Shown one piece after another: positions 1 to 10,447 of a stretch of DNA of 64,000 bases. The translations under genes were made by a program, and so were the position numbers. Origin of the DNA: an uncultured Bdellovibrio sp. (lineage in GTDB: Bacteria; Bdellovibrionota; Bdellovibrionia; Bdellovibrionales; Bdellovibrionaceae); assembly GCA_963932905.1 (NCBI GenBank), contig CAWVRN010000003.1:1-64000 (forward strand), written 5' to 3'. Position 1 is the first letter of the stretch. Every line of letters starts with the position of its first letter. The notes under the pieces were generated by a model that was not told where the DNA came from, ran no database searches, and was given only the letters and a program-made list of their open reading frames with translations.

Positions 1-60
1 CGGAATTTAAAAAAGCAAAAGTGCCCTCCAGACGCAGGCTGAGGGGCCAGTTCTTTCAAA

Positions 61-86
61 CTAGCGCAAAACAAATTCTGCGCTAG
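61..86 (-). terminator. Probable intrinsic terminator of the 101-427 gene
   Basis: CTAGCGCA...TGCGCTAG stem followed by TTTG on the minus strand, just downstream of the stop at 101. Confidence 0.45.
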
Positions 87-100
87 TCTGAGAGGGCTAA

Positions 101-427
101 TTAGCGGCAATTAGTGATTTGGCAGATTTGGCCAGTCGATTGACACACTAGCAATGCACGCTGACTTGCTGTGATTGTGTCGTTACCAATTCCGTATGTT
201 ACAAGGCCGTTAGCCAAACCAATAGCATTGCACGTATATACATACGGAGCTACTGGGTAAACCGGATATGTAGGATACGTTGGATACACTGGATATGCAG
301 GATACGGACGTACTGGGTAATGAGGCACAGGCAATGGACGAGGATAAGGATAGTAACCATGTTGAGCTTCAGCGGCAAAACTGAAAGTCACTACAGCCAT
401 AACAACGAGTAATAAATTTTTAATCAT
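101..427 (-). CDS. Secreted Pro/Tyr-rich small protein with C-terminal Cys domain
   Basis: ATG at 427 preceded by GAAGGAG; signal peptide MIKNLLLVVMAVVTFSFAAEA; YPxYP repeats; 4 Cys near C-terminus. Confidence 0.7.
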   Translation of the reverse strand: MIKNLLLVVMAVVTFSFAAEAQHGYYPYPRPLPVPHYPVRPYPAYPVYPTYPTYPVYPVAPYVYTCNAIGLANGLVTYGIGNDTITASQRALLVCQSTGQICQITNCR

Positions 428-555
428 AAAAACTCCTTCAATAACGTTTTTTAGTTCCATCAAGGGACTATCGAACACCGTTCCCATCGTCAACCGCAAA
501 AGTGCCGGAAAATGTATGTCAAATTTGTATAAATTTCACAGCACTTCAAACAAGT

Positions 556-1083
556 TTAATCTAACCCAACTTGCACATACCAGTTATTCAAAATCCTTTG
601 CCAGTTTGATTTTGAAGCGGCTTCATCCAACCCGCTAGAGTTGTATTTCAGAACCAAACGATCCTTTGATTGCACCATATCAACGTGGCTAGCACTGATA
701 ATTTCGCCCTCAGGGGAAATTCGGTATAAATACTGATCAATCACCCAGTTTCCTTCTTGATCCAGCTGCCAGTTTTCACTGACGACTTCAATACGACCAA
801 AATTAAACTGACCACCAGCATCCTTACCACCCACCAAGCTAAAATAATTAGCCACATGAGCCTGAGTTTTATCCACGGGTTCGACGTGCTCCACAAAAAG
901 ATAATCTCCATACTCAGTCTCTAAAAGATGCCCCTTCTTTTGAACAATATCCAACAGCTTGTTCCAGTTTCGTATTTGAACCGACTCTGCTGGCGACACG
1001 CCTGATACTGCAAATGCGTCTGCTGCCAACGTTGAAAAAGAAAACCCTAAACCGAACATTAAAACTAAAAATCCATTTGTCAT
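556..1083 (-). CDS. Secreted hypothetical protein
   Basis: ATG at 1083 after GGAGGGG; signal-peptide-like N-terminus. Confidence 0.65.
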   Translation of the reverse strand: MTNGFLVLMFGLGFSFSTLAADAFAVSGVSPAESVQIRNWNKLLDIVQKKGHLLETEYGDYLFVEHVEPVDKTQAHVANYFSLVGGKDAGGQFNFGRIEVVSENWQLDQEGNWVIDQYLYRISPEGEIISASHVDMVQSKDRLVLKYNSSGLDEAASKSNWQRILNNWYVQVGLD

Positions 1084-1248
1084 AACCCCTCCGAATAAAA
1101 ATCCTAGAAGCAAAAACGCACGCAATCAAATTGAAAATAAAATTTTTTTTTCGTGTAGAGAAAAGCCACATTTACTGATTTACGCATATGGATTTAACTA
1201 GACGTCTAAACCAAAACGTTATGAAATCGAATTTATCCATAAGGAGTC

Positions 1249-3063
1249 TTGATGTTATTCCGTTTCCCTTCGATTTCTCATTTGAAAAATGAGTTGTCGC
1301 GTGTTCTTTTTCGCTTCCCCCTTACATCGATTATCGTTGTCATTGCAACATTGACCATCATGGCATTAATCGAGAATAGGATTGCCATCGAAGAGAACAA
1401 TCCTGTCACTGACTTTCTTTTAGTTTTAGCATTAGGTTTACCCCTTTCTGTTTCATTTCAACTGCTGGCTGAAAACAAACCGTCTTGGCTTAAAATCCCT
1501 AACTGGAGTATTCCCTATTTAAGTTTAATTCCAATTTTCAGTTTCTATTTCTGGCGACAAACTCATAATGGCAGTGGTGAAATCATTCGTTTCTTTCAAT
1601 GGTTTCTTTATTCTCATTTATTAGTGGCGTTCGCGGCATTTATAAAATCAGCTCGAGCACGCGCTTTTTGGAATTTCAACTACCGTCTGTTTACCGCTTT
1701 TCTGATCAGCCGATTCTTTGGCGGTTTTCTATTTGTTGGCCTGATTCTGGCACTAAAAGCCACAAGTTCATTGCTAGAAGTTACCGTCCATGAAAGATCG
1801 TACTTTCATTTGTGCGCTCTTTGTTTAGTTGGCGTTTCCACCTTTCACTTTCTAGCACTTGTTCCTGACGAAAACGTTGAACTCTTAGATATTCAACACA
1901 GTCCCCCAACTTTGCTCAAAATATTTTGTCAATACATCCTAGTTCCGCTGAACGCTGTTTATATTTTGATACTTTATGCGTACATGATCAAAATTTTGAT
2001 CAGCGGCGTTTGGCCACAAGGTATGATTTCATGGCTAGTTTCAGCGGCTTCCATTCTGGGAGTATTTGCCCTCCTTTTGATGAATTCATTTTTCCACCAG
2101 GCTGAAAATCACTGGATGAAGAAGTTCCAGACCGTCTACTATATAAGTATCATTCCTCTTCTAATCATGGGACTAACATCAATCGGTCAACGCGTTCATC
2201 AGTATCACCTGACGGAAAAACGCTATATACTAATTCTTTTAAGTCTTTGGTTAATCGGGGTGGCTATTTACAACCTAGTTTCTAAAACTAAAAATATCAT
2301 TCTTATTCCAGTTTCCTTGTTTCTTCTGACTTTTGTCACCTCGTTCGGCCCTTGGGGACTATATCAAGTCGCTTGGCGCAGCCAATCGTCCCGCCTAGCT
2401 AATCTGCTTACCAAGTACAATGCACTTAAAGACGGCGTGATGGTAAAAAATGAAAATGAATTTTCTAATGAGGACGCGTATGAATTAAGAGAGTCTCTGG
2501 TCTACCTGATTTCATCACATGGAACCGACGAAATTCCAAAACTCTTTAACGCTGATGACACCAAAGAGCTCGAAGAAATATCTAGAAAAAAACAATCCTA
2601 CGTAGTTTACCAAGACGTTGAATCATTTATCCAACGTAAACTAAAAGTACCACGTCAGTTTAACCGCAATGAATACTTGCCATCGATCACAAATAATTTC
2701 TACGCCGAATACCGAGCTGAATTCATTGAACCCGATCTGTTTTACTTCCTAGTCGATTCCTACCAAACTCGCATCGTTACCGTACCATCTAGCAACAAGA
2801 GTTATTCTGTTTCTGTTGATCGCGATCATTTCAACTTAGTCATTCGTGAGGGGAACGACGACATCTTAGTCCAAGATTTAACACCTATCATTAAACTGAT
2901 GTCGGAAGCTAAAGATAATGATCGCAAAGTCAGATTTAAAATTAAAAATGACTTTGTTGAAGGCACCTTCCTGCCGAGTTTCTTGCAAGCAGAAGGCAAA
3001 GACGAAGCAAAAGCGACCTACACGGTATCAGGCATTCTTGTTTTCCGATTACTTAAACCATAA
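1249..3063 (+). CDS. Polytopic membrane protein, DUF4153-like
   Basis: About 11 hydrophobic segments, RFP start motif, ILYAY...WPQG, R..QY.LTEKRY, GPW, SQ..RL pattern. Confidence 0.75.
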   Translation: MMLFRFPSISHLKNELSRVLFRFPLTSIIVVIATLTIMALIENRIAIEENNPVTDFLLVLALGLPLSVSFQLLAENKPSWLKIPNWSIPYLSLIPIFSFYFWRQTHNGSGEIIRFFQWFLYSHLLVAFAAFIKSARARAFWNFNYRLFTAFLISRFFGGFLFVGLILALKATSSLLEVTVHERSYFHLCALCLVGVSTFHFLALVPDENVELLDIQHSPPTLLKIFCQYILVPLNAVYILILYAYMIKILISGVWPQGMISWLVSAASILGVFALLLMNSFFHQAENHWMKKFQTVYYISIIPLLIMGLTSIGQRVHQYHLTEKRYILILLSLWLIGVAIYNLVSKTKNIILIPVSLFLLTFVTSFGPWGLYQVAWRSQSSRLANLLTKYNALKDGVMVKNENEFSNEDAYELRESLVYLISSHGTDEIPKLFNADDTKELEEISRKKQSYVVYQDVESFIQRKLKVPRQFNRNEYLPSITNNFYAEYRAEFIEPDLFYFLVDSYQTRIVTVPSSNKSYSVSVDRDHFNLVIREGNDDILVQDLTPIIKLMSEAKDNDRKVRFKIKNDFVEGTFLPSFLQAEGKDEAKATYTVSGILVFRLLKP

Positions 3064-4212
3064 TTAACTTTGATAAGGATTATGATCATCATAATCCTTA
3101 AACAATACAGTCAGCTGTGTTTTTTCCCGTTCCACAAAATCCGCTATGGCCTGATTTAAACCAGGATGCAAAATCTTATGTGCACTGTAGGTCAGCGTTG
3201 GCAAAAAGCCACGTTGAAACTTGTGTTCTCCCTGTGCGCCGGCCTCAAATATTTCAAATTTATTTTTTATACAGTAATCTATTCCTTGATAGTAACAAAC
3301 TTCAAAATGAAGTGCGCGGTATTCAGCTAAACAACCCCAGTAGCGACCAAACAGCCTTTTAGTTCCGATAAAATTCAAGGCCCCTGCGACGGGTCTATCA
3401 TCGCCATCATAGGCTAGCACTAACATAATTTTATCTTTCATGGTGGAAAATATAGTTTGAAAAAAGTCGGCGGTTAAAAACTCAAATCCCTGTTTTTTAT
3501 CCATGGTGCTTTGATAAAACAAATGCATGATTCCGGCGTGCTCTGCCGTTAGCTGATCGCCGGTGTATTGCTGGATTTTAATGTTTTGTTTTTCGACCTG
3601 ATTGCGTTCACGAACCACTTCTCGTCGTCGTTTTCCAGTCAGGCTCGATAAAAATGTTTCAAAACTTGAGTAGCCCCGATTCACCCAGTGATATTGAAAA
3701 CTATTCCGGATAAAAAAACCACTCGCTTGATATAAAGACGTCTCAACCTCGGGGATAAATAAAAAATGCAAGGAACTCGCATCCGCTGTTTGAGTGATTT
3801 CATTAGCGGCATGCAGAAGGGTAATACGGATCGAATCAGCATCTTCCGTTGTTAACAAAATTTTAGATCCCGTAGCCGGGGTAAATGGAATGGCTGAAAC
3901 TAGTTTAGGGTAATAGGCAATACCCGCGTTGTAGGCCGCATCGGCCCATCCAAAATCAAAAATAAATTCGCCGTAACTATTATCCTTTGCATACAAGATC
4001 AAGGCCCCAACTAAACGATCATCAGACCAGGCCGTGATATAGATAGGCGTCCACCCCGTCCGTGTTCCGAGGCATTTAGTTTCTTCCAATGCAGATAAAA
4101 ACGCATAGTCAGTGAAGGGAAAATCAGCGACTTCTAAGGCGCGCCAATCTGTACGGTCGATTTTAAGGACAGAATCCACTATTTTGACTTGAGTAGCGAC
4201 AGCCTTATTCAT
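3064..4212 (-). CDS. GNAT/FemAB-like acyltransferase (DUF482 type)
   Basis: NSYGEFIFD..WA.A, YYPKL...PFTP.TG, GRYWG, LHFE.CYYQ, EAGAQGEHK..RGF.P motifs. Confidence 0.9.
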   Translation of the reverse strand: MNKAVATQVKIVDSVLKIDRTDWRALEVADFPFTDYAFLSALEETKCLGTRTGWTPIYITAWSDDRLVGALILYAKDNSYGEFIFDFGWADAAYNAGIAYYPKLVSAIPFTPATGSKILLTTEDADSIRITLLHAANEITQTADASSLHFLFIPEVETSLYQASGFFIRNSFQYHWVNRGYSSFETFLSSLTGKRRREVVRERNQVEKQNIKIQQYTGDQLTAEHAGIMHLFYQSTMDKKQGFEFLTADFFQTIFSTMKDKIMLVLAYDGDDRPVAGALNFIGTKRLFGRYWGCLAEYRALHFEVCYYQGIDYCIKNKFEIFEAGAQGEHKFQRGFLPTLTYSAHKILHPGLNQAIADFVEREKTQLTVLFKDYDDHNPYQS

Positions 4213-4277
4213 AAGTCCTAGATCTTAATATAAAAACATTGTAATGTAAGCCGCGGATTTATAAAAAGGGGTAAATA

Positions 4278-4610
4278 ATGCAAATTCACAACTCTGAAAA
4301 CAACGATCGCACCCGCGATGGGCAACAGACTGGCATTATTGTTCAAGAACGCCTAAAAACCCCGGCTATGTATGCCGTCGTTGTTCATAACGACCCGTTT
4401 ACTCCCCGTGCCTTCGTTGTTGAAGTTCTGCGCATGGTGTTTCAGAAAAATGAAGAGCAAGCCAAACACATCATGTTAACGGCTCACACGACGGGTCATG
4501 GCGTCGTTAATATTTACACACGCGAAATTGCAGAAACAAAAGCCGCACAAGCCAACACGTATTCTCATGATCAAGGTAAACTTTTGATATTCTCTGTCGA
4601 AGAGGTCTAA
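4278..4610 (+). CDS. clpS: ATP-dependent Clp protease adaptor ClpS
   Basis: Y.VVVHND.FTP..FVV.VL...F, IML.AH..G..V, IAETK motifs. Confidence 0.9.
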   Translation: MQIHNSENNDRTRDGQQTGIIVQERLKTPAMYAVVVHNDPFTPRAFVVEVLRMVFQKNEEQAKHIMLTAHTTGHGVVNIYTREIAETKAAQANTYSHDQGKLLIFSVEEV

Positions 4611-4843
4611 CTTCTGCTTGCCATAGGCAAAAAATCGGTGCAAACGGGGTTATGACGTTTTTTAGATATATTGTCCTATCTATCGCGGCTTTAAGTACAC
4701 GATCCTATGCACAGCTGTGTGGCACACGGTGGGGCTGGCAAACACGAAGAAATCGAGTCACTAAGCGACGCAGAATTTGACACAATGTTTTTAGGTATTC
4801 TAAAAATAGAATAAAATAAGACTTATTAAAGTAGGACATTCAT

Positions 4844-5335
4844 ATGCCATCATTCGATATAGTTTCAGAATTAAATATGCAAGAAGTCGACAATGCGATC
4901 AATCAGGCTCGCAAAGAAGTCGACGGTCGTTATGATTTTAAAGGCAGTAATGCCGAAATCAAATGGGACAAAGAAAAAAACGAAATTATTTTCCAAGCCG
5001 AAGACGATTACAAAATGGAGGCCATTTCCAGCATCATTTTGAACAAAGCCGGCAAACGCGGAATTGATTTAAAAGCATTCAAATTAGAACAATCTGAACC
5101 TGCGGGCGGAAAAACATTACGCCAAAAAATCAAACTGCAACAAGGTCTAGAAAAAGAAGTGGCTAAAGACATCGTTAAGTTCATCAAAGATTCTAAATTG
5201 AAAGTCCAACCCCAGATCATGGACGACAAAGTTCGCGTGACTTCAAAAAGCATCGATGAACTTCAGGAAACGATGTCTCAACTACGTAGACAAAATTTTC
5301 CGGTACCTTTGCAATACAACAATATGCGTTCTTAG
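4844..5335 (+). CDS. yajQ: YajQ family nucleotide/c-di-GMP-binding protein
   Basis: MPSFDIVS...QEVDNA, RYDFKG, KLKVQ.QI..D.VRV..K..D.LQ. Confidence 0.95.
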   Translation: MPSFDIVSELNMQEVDNAINQARKEVDGRYDFKGSNAEIKWDKEKNEIIFQAEDDYKMEAISSIILNKAGKRGIDLKAFKLEQSEPAGGKTLRQKIKLQQGLEKEVAKDIVKFIKDSKLKVQPQIMDDKVRVTSKSIDELQETMSQLRRQNFPVPLQYNNMRS

Positions 5336-6675
5336 TTTTCTTTGATTTTCATTAGCTGAGCTTTTTGATAGGCACCAAACACACCGTCAAAAAGACAGCG
5401 AACCAGCGGATCTTCAAGAAAATCAACGCCTTTCAAAGCGTCTTCTGTTTCTTCGTCGAAACGAGTATCGTTTATTCGTATGTACATACTGGTTAATGAT
5501 TCACCTAACACCAGCGCATTGTAGACTTTGGTTACAGGGACTTCAGTTAACCAATGAATAGGACCGTCGCCCTTTTCCATCAGTGCGATCATATTTCCCT
5601 GCAGCATATAATTAAACTGTCGTACTTGTCCCAAATGATCGTATAGATTCAGACGCCACAGTCGCGGTTTTTGAAAAAAACTACCCTCATCTATAAATAA
5701 AGCACTGTAGCGATCAAGCAAATCCTCTTGGCAAAACCCATACACCCGGTCGGCTTCTTTATTCGTTAACGGTGAAATTTTAGAAGCCACTATCGATGTG
5801 CTAGGCGCCTGGGAAGGTTCTTGAAATCTATAATCCACATCTTGACTACCTTGAGGCTGAATCCACGATAGAGGCGATGACATATGAAAATAACTCGAGG
5901 CCATCGTGATCGACACACCCGGATTTAACCTGATCACGTCTGCGTGCGGAATCACAATTTTCATAACTTCTTCAAATCGGCGATAGGTTATCGGAAAAAA
6001 AGCCTGGTTATACCAAGACCAAGGCTCATGAATGAATTGACAGGAACTGGGAACAATCATTCGAGGACTTAGCTCTTTGATTTGGTCTAACCATTCTGGC
6101 GGAAACTCGGTATTCAAACTCAGAAACCGCGATGGACTCAGCACTTCAATCTCACGCATCGTTTGAAATGGCCAAAGCACCATATCCCACGGTCCATTTT
6201 CTTTTAGTAATTGCAAGGTGTCTTGATCTATCCAGGAATCAACAACATTTAAAATATTTAAACCGCCGCCCTTGATATGAAAAATGCAATCAATATCTTC
6301 ATCGAGCGCACGACGAGGAATAACTTGCAGACTGCCAATAACTATCGGTTCATTCAGCTGTACCGAATGAACCTCCGTGAAACCAAGACTCCGAATCAAA
6401 TCTAGCATTTCTTTGTGAATACAAAAAATGTAGATAGATGTAGATCGATCAATCAAATTCAAACTTTCCATAGAACAATGATCATCGTGGTAATGCGAAA
6501 TAAAAACAGCATCAGGACGCATGTTTTTAATTTGATTCACATCAAATTTAACGTTGGGAAACGCATGGCAATTGCGACTAAATGGATTTTCAAAAATGGG
6601 ATCAAATAAAATCTGAGTCGATTCGCACTCAAATACATAACCCGCATGAAGGATTCTGGAAATTTTCAAACTCAC
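5332..6675 (-). CDS. MBL-fold metallo-hydrolase
   Basis: HAG..F...ILFDP and SHYHDDH metal motif. Confidence 0.8.
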   Translation of the reverse strand: MSLKISRILHAGYVFECESTQILFDPIFENPFSRNCHAFPNVKFDVNQIKNMRPDAVFISHYHDDHCSMESLNLIDRSTSIYIFCIHKEMLDLIRSLGFTEVHSVQLNEPIVIGSLQVIPRRALDEDIDCIFHIKGGGLNILNVVDSWIDQDTLQLLKENGPWDMVLWPFQTMREIEVLSPSRFLSLNTEFPPEWLDQIKELSPRMIVPSSCQFIHEPWSWYNQAFFPITYRRFEEVMKIVIPHADVIRLNPGVSITMASSYFHMSSPLSWIQPQGSQDVDYRFQEPSQAPSTSIVASKISPLTNKEADRVYGFCQEDLLDRYSALFIDEGSFFQKPRLWRLNLYDHLGQVRQFNYMLQGNMIALMEKGDGPIHWLTEVPVTKVYNALVLGESLTSMYIRINDTRFDEETEDALKGVDFLEDPLVRCLFDGVFGAYQKAQLMKIKEN

Positions 6676-6678
6676 CGA

Positions 6679-7134
6679 TCACTCGCGCTGATCAATTTTT
6701 TGAAAGTACTGCTGACATGAAGGAGTCGCTTCATTCTTGCGATTGTAATGCATGCTTTTATCAAAATTCCTACCGATGCAGGTTTCCAAAAAGTTGCCCG
6801 TTAGAAACGAAGGCCGTGCTTTCCTAATGGTGGCTAATCGATCCTCACAATCGCCATATGATGATGTCCACGCCGACATGCATGTTTCTTCCGACAAATT
6901 ATAACATTCAATTTGCTTAGATAGACGACCACACGGCGATCGATCCCCTTCGGGCGCCAGCTGACCTGAAATATGAGCAAAATAAAAATATAGGGCAGAT
7001 ATAAATATCATTGCGAATCCGGCGGCTGGATCCATCCAGGTTTCCGCTTGAAACCGAACCCTGATCGGGGCTTTAACAAACAAATACAAACCGCCGACAA
7101 ACGGAATCAAAAATATAACATCCCAAACATTCAT
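6679..7134 (-). CDS. Hypothetical membrane protein, 2 TM plus Cys-rich domain
   Basis: ORF with two hydrophobic segments and 6 Cys; stop 3 nt before the MBL start. Confidence 0.65.
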   Translation of the reverse strand: MNVWDVIFLIPFVGGLYLFVKAPIRVRFQAETWMDPAAGFAMIFISALYFYFAHISGQLAPEGDRSPCGRLSKQIECYNLSEETCMSAWTSSYGDCEDRLATIRKARPSFLTGNFLETCIGRNFDKSMHYNRKNEATPSCQQYFQKIDQRE

Positions 7135-7182
7135 AAGGATATTTTTAAGCAGTTTTAACTGTTTGTAAACCGTATATTATCA

Positions 7183-8406
7183 TTAAGTAAGCGAGTGATC
7201 CAAACCAGGTGATTTTTGAACCGATCCATATGGCAAACTGATCGAAAATTCGCTGCCTTGACCGATGCCCGCACTAGAAACTTGAATTTCACCTTGATGA
7301 GAATTAACAATACTTTTAGCGATAGTTAAACCTAAACCTAATCCACCATGAGATCGAGTTATATAGGCTTCTGTTTGACTAAATCGATCAAACAGTTTTG
7401 CTTGAAGATTTTTGTCAACCCCTGCGCCAAAATCTTTCACTTTAAATATTAAGCTTGGTCCTTGTTGAGCGAGTTCTAGAAAAATGCGATTGTGGTCGTT
7501 TGAAAACTTAATCGCATTATCAATCAAGTTGCCCATGGCCTGCCGCAACCGATCTGCGTCGGCATTGATCAAGGCTTGATTCAATTTTGAATTGAATACA
7601 ACCGAGATGTTTTTCTTCTGTGCCATCGGTAAATATTCAGCCAACGCAGCTCTAATCAAAGACACCAAATCGATTTCCTGTTTATGAACGGCAAACTTGC
7701 CCAAAACTATTTGCGAGGCATCCAGCAACCTATCGATTACTTGTCCTTGGGTTTTTGTGTTTCTATTGATCGCATCCATTCCCACGGGAACGAGTGATGG
7801 ATCAGCATCACGGTCCGATAGCATTTCTGACCAACCCATTATTGAATTTAGAGGTGTCCGTAGTTCATGCGATATCAGCATTAAAAATTCGTCCTTGGCT
7901 CGATTCGCCAATTCTAAATCGTTAACTCGCTCTTCTAACGATGACAGCAATTGTACGTTTTCGATCGCTACCGACGTCGTGTCGGCAATGGCTTGTAAAA
8001 TGGAGAGTTCTTCTTCGGTAGCCGTGTGCTTCTGCGCCCAATAGATTCCTATCGACGCGATGGGATCTGATTTTCTGACGGGCATCATAGCAAGACTTTT
8101 CACGAATGTCGGTCGATAAGCTTCGACGGGAATGCGATCATCTTGAAAAATGTCCGGAATGGCCACAGCTTGTTTATTCAACATCGCCCAACCACTGATA
8201 CACGCCGTCAGCGGAAACCGCTTTCCTTTCCATAAAGGTCCAATGGCGTCTTCGTCGACATAAAAGCAATAGCCGTTATCTTTCATCACAAACGTCGCCC
8301 CGTCAGCACCGGTTGCCGAACGAGCCGCTTTTCTGACGATATTAACTATTTCAGGGACACTTCTAACCTTAGAAAGGTCTTGCACAATTTTCACCAAGGA
8401 TTCCAT
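7183..8406 (-). CDS. GAF-domain sensor histidine kinase
   Basis: GAF region, SHELRTPL H-box, NLIDNAIKF, D.G.G, GGLGLGL. Confidence 0.92.
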   Translation of the reverse strand: MESLVKIVQDLSKVRSVPEIVNIVRKAARSATGADGATFVMKDNGYCFYVDEDAIGPLWKGKRFPLTACISGWAMLNKQAVAIPDIFQDDRIPVEAYRPTFVKSLAMMPVRKSDPIASIGIYWAQKHTATEEELSILQAIADTTSVAIENVQLLSSLEERVNDLELANRAKDEFLMLISHELRTPLNSIMGWSEMLSDRDADPSLVPVGMDAINRNTKTQGQVIDRLLDASQIVLGKFAVHKQEIDLVSLIRAALAEYLPMAQKKNISVVFNSKLNQALINADADRLRQAMGNLIDNAIKFSNDHNRIFLELAQQGPSLIFKVKDFGAGVDKNLQAKLFDRFSQTEAYITRSHGGLGLGLTIAKSIVNSHQGEIQVSSAGIGQGSEFSISLPYGSVQKSPGLDHSLT

Positions 8407-8595
8407 ACAAATTGCCTCCAGCTAAAATTATAGAAAAAAGAACGTGGTATTCAATTCGGGATACCGCGACCTTTCCCGTTTTTGTCAGGAAACATTCGTT
8501 TCTTTTGATGAAATATTTTCTAAAAACACATATCAGGAAGAAAAAACCGACCCCTGTTTACAAAGCTAAAATGTTTACTTGTCCAGGCTGATTAG

Positions 8596-9372
8596 TTGGG
8601 GATAAAAGACCCCTTAGGAGATTTTATGAACCTAATTTTTGTAACGTTGCTTTTATCTTCCGTTGTTTCCTTTGCCGCTAACAAAGTGGTTCAAAAAGCC
8701 AGAGTCGTCGACGAAAAAGTAGTCGCCGCTGAAGGTTGTTCGATCACTGGCGATTACACTAATGCTGGTTACACAACCACTGAGTATAAATACACAGTGA
8801 CGATGAAAGTTAAACTTCTCCAAAAACAAGAACTTTATAACGTGAACGTTAAAAAGCCCCTTTTTGGTAAATTGCAAGAAACTGAAATTCCAAATTCTAA
8901 AAAAGCAGGGCCGGATAAAACAGTTCCGTCAACTCGGCAAATCACCTTCGTGGCTAGATTTCCAACAGAATATAATCGCCTAGCGTTACTTAAAGCGTGC
9001 GAAGACGAATCCCTATTCATCAACACTGGATCTTATCCTCCACCACCTCCAAAACTACCTGAGCCTCCGAAAAAAACTCCAGCTCCTGCAACTCCATCCA
9101 CTACGGCGCCTTCGACTACAACGAAGGAAACTCCAAGTTTACCAGGCCTTCCAACGCTACCAGAAACACCACCTACAAGTTCATCCTCAACTCCAGCTAC
9201 AGATTTATTTCCAATTGTGGTTTTACCGGGTAACCCAGCCGATACCACGTCTCCAGCGCTTCCTGTACTTCCTGATTTATCATCAACAGCAGTAACTCCG
9301 GAGACTAAGCCATCAGCCGCGACTACCAAAACAGAAGTCAAAGCCGACCCGAAACCAGAAGTTAAAAAGTAG
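8596..9372 (+). CDS. Secreted protein with Pro/Thr-rich C-terminal tail (true start probably ATG 8626)
   Basis: AGGAG before MNLIFV; signal peptide; low-complexity P/T/S tail. Confidence 0.7.
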   Translation: MGIKDPLGDFMNLIFVTLLLSSVVSFAANKVVQKARVVDEKVVAAEGCSITGDYTNAGYTTTEYKYTVTMKVKLLQKQELYNVNVKKPLFGKLQETEIPNSKKAGPDKTVPSTRQITFVARFPTEYNRLALLKACEDESLFINTGSYPPPPPKLPEPPKKTPAPATPSTTAPSTTTKETPSLPGLPTLPETPPTSSSSTPATDLFPIVVLPGNPADTTSPALPVLPDLSSTAVTPETKPSAATTKTEVKADPKPEVKK

Positions 9373-9491
9373 TCTTGCTTCAGGTTATGCCCCTAAGCCC
9401 TTATTTTCAATATAACCTTGGGCATTTGAAAGAATGCCCTGTCACTTCTTAGACAGTTCAAAATTCCACACCACTGCGATATAAAACCACC

Positions 9492-10427
9492 ATGTCAATT
9501 GGGGTCGGACTTTTAGTATCATTCATTTCAATTTCCTTGCTAGCCAACAATCGGATTCATTTTTCGACTGGCAGGACTTATCCTCCTTCGGTAACGTTAG
9601 AAACGTCGCTCCCCACACCGGCAAAAGTACAACAATACGGCGAATGCCATATTTTAGCTGCAGTGACCGCGGCCGAAGCCGCCTGTTTTCGCCACACTCG
9701 CAAAAAATTTTCGCTGTCTTCGGCTTTCCAATTCTACAGACACATCCGTGCGCAACTGGAGAATCCAAACAGTCGGTCATTTTTGACCAGATTTAATGAT
9801 GGCCAATTCTCGCAGAACGATGCCGGTATTTTTGAAACAACCCTGGAACGCATTCAAAATGACAATGTGATGTTAGAGTCAGAATACACCATGACGCAGT
9901 TTAATCAGGCTGCGACAACGGCGCTTAAAATAAGAAACCAGTATTGGGATCTTTATTTTTCGAAGAACAACCCTAATCAATTTGAATTTGAAAACAAAAT
10001 GAGAAAACAATTAACTGCGGACCTTGATGAATCGGTAAAAAGCGTAAACCCTCTCGTGATTTCAAAAGACGAAACCGGTTGGACTCAAATCGTTAGCAAA
10101 ATAGCCCGTCATCCACTTCAAGCCTGTGAGTTTCCAAAACTAAATATAATGCATTTTAAGGTAACGCCAGAACGCGCCGTCGCGCTGATCAACAATGGTA
10201 TCCCATTCATTTGCCAAACCAAATTGGGCGGAACTAGAGGTCAGCATGTTGTATTGTATGCCGGTTATAAACTTTCTCCGAGTCACCATGAAAACCTAAC
10301 CTTCAATGTTCGCGACTCTCGCTTGTCACGCCTAGTAGATACGGGATGGGCCCCTTACTGCGTTCGAGCAGTGGTTGTATTCAATCCCGAAGAACGTAAT
10401 ACGGTACTTAAGAGCATCAACTTATAG
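9492..10427 (+). CDS. Putative secreted papain-like (C1/C39-like) cysteine protease
   Basis: Q..GECH (oxyanion Gln, catalytic Cys), LS..F, QHVVLYAGY (His), F.VRDS. Confidence 0.6.
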   Translation: MSIGVGLLVSFISISLLANNRIHFSTGRTYPPSVTLETSLPTPAKVQQYGECHILAAVTAAEAACFRHTRKKFSLSSAFQFYRHIRAQLENPNSRSFLTRFNDGQFSQNDAGIFETTLERIQNDNVMLESEYTMTQFNQAATTALKIRNQYWDLYFSKNNPNQFEFENKMRKQLTADLDESVKSVNPLVISKDETGWTQIVSKIARHPLQACEFPKLNIMHFKVTPERAVALINNGIPFICQTKLGGTRGQHVVLYAGYKLSPSHHENLTFNVRDSRLSRLVDTGWAPYCVRAVVVFNPEERNTVLKSINL

Positions 10428-10447
10428 CTGCATAAACAACATAGAAA

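Noticed and set aside
4652..4814. Signal-peptide-like ORF start (MTFFRYIVLSIAALSTRSYA) with a plausible C-terminus in another frame
   Set aside because: Too short and no recognisable family; may be a deletion remnant but cannot be supported
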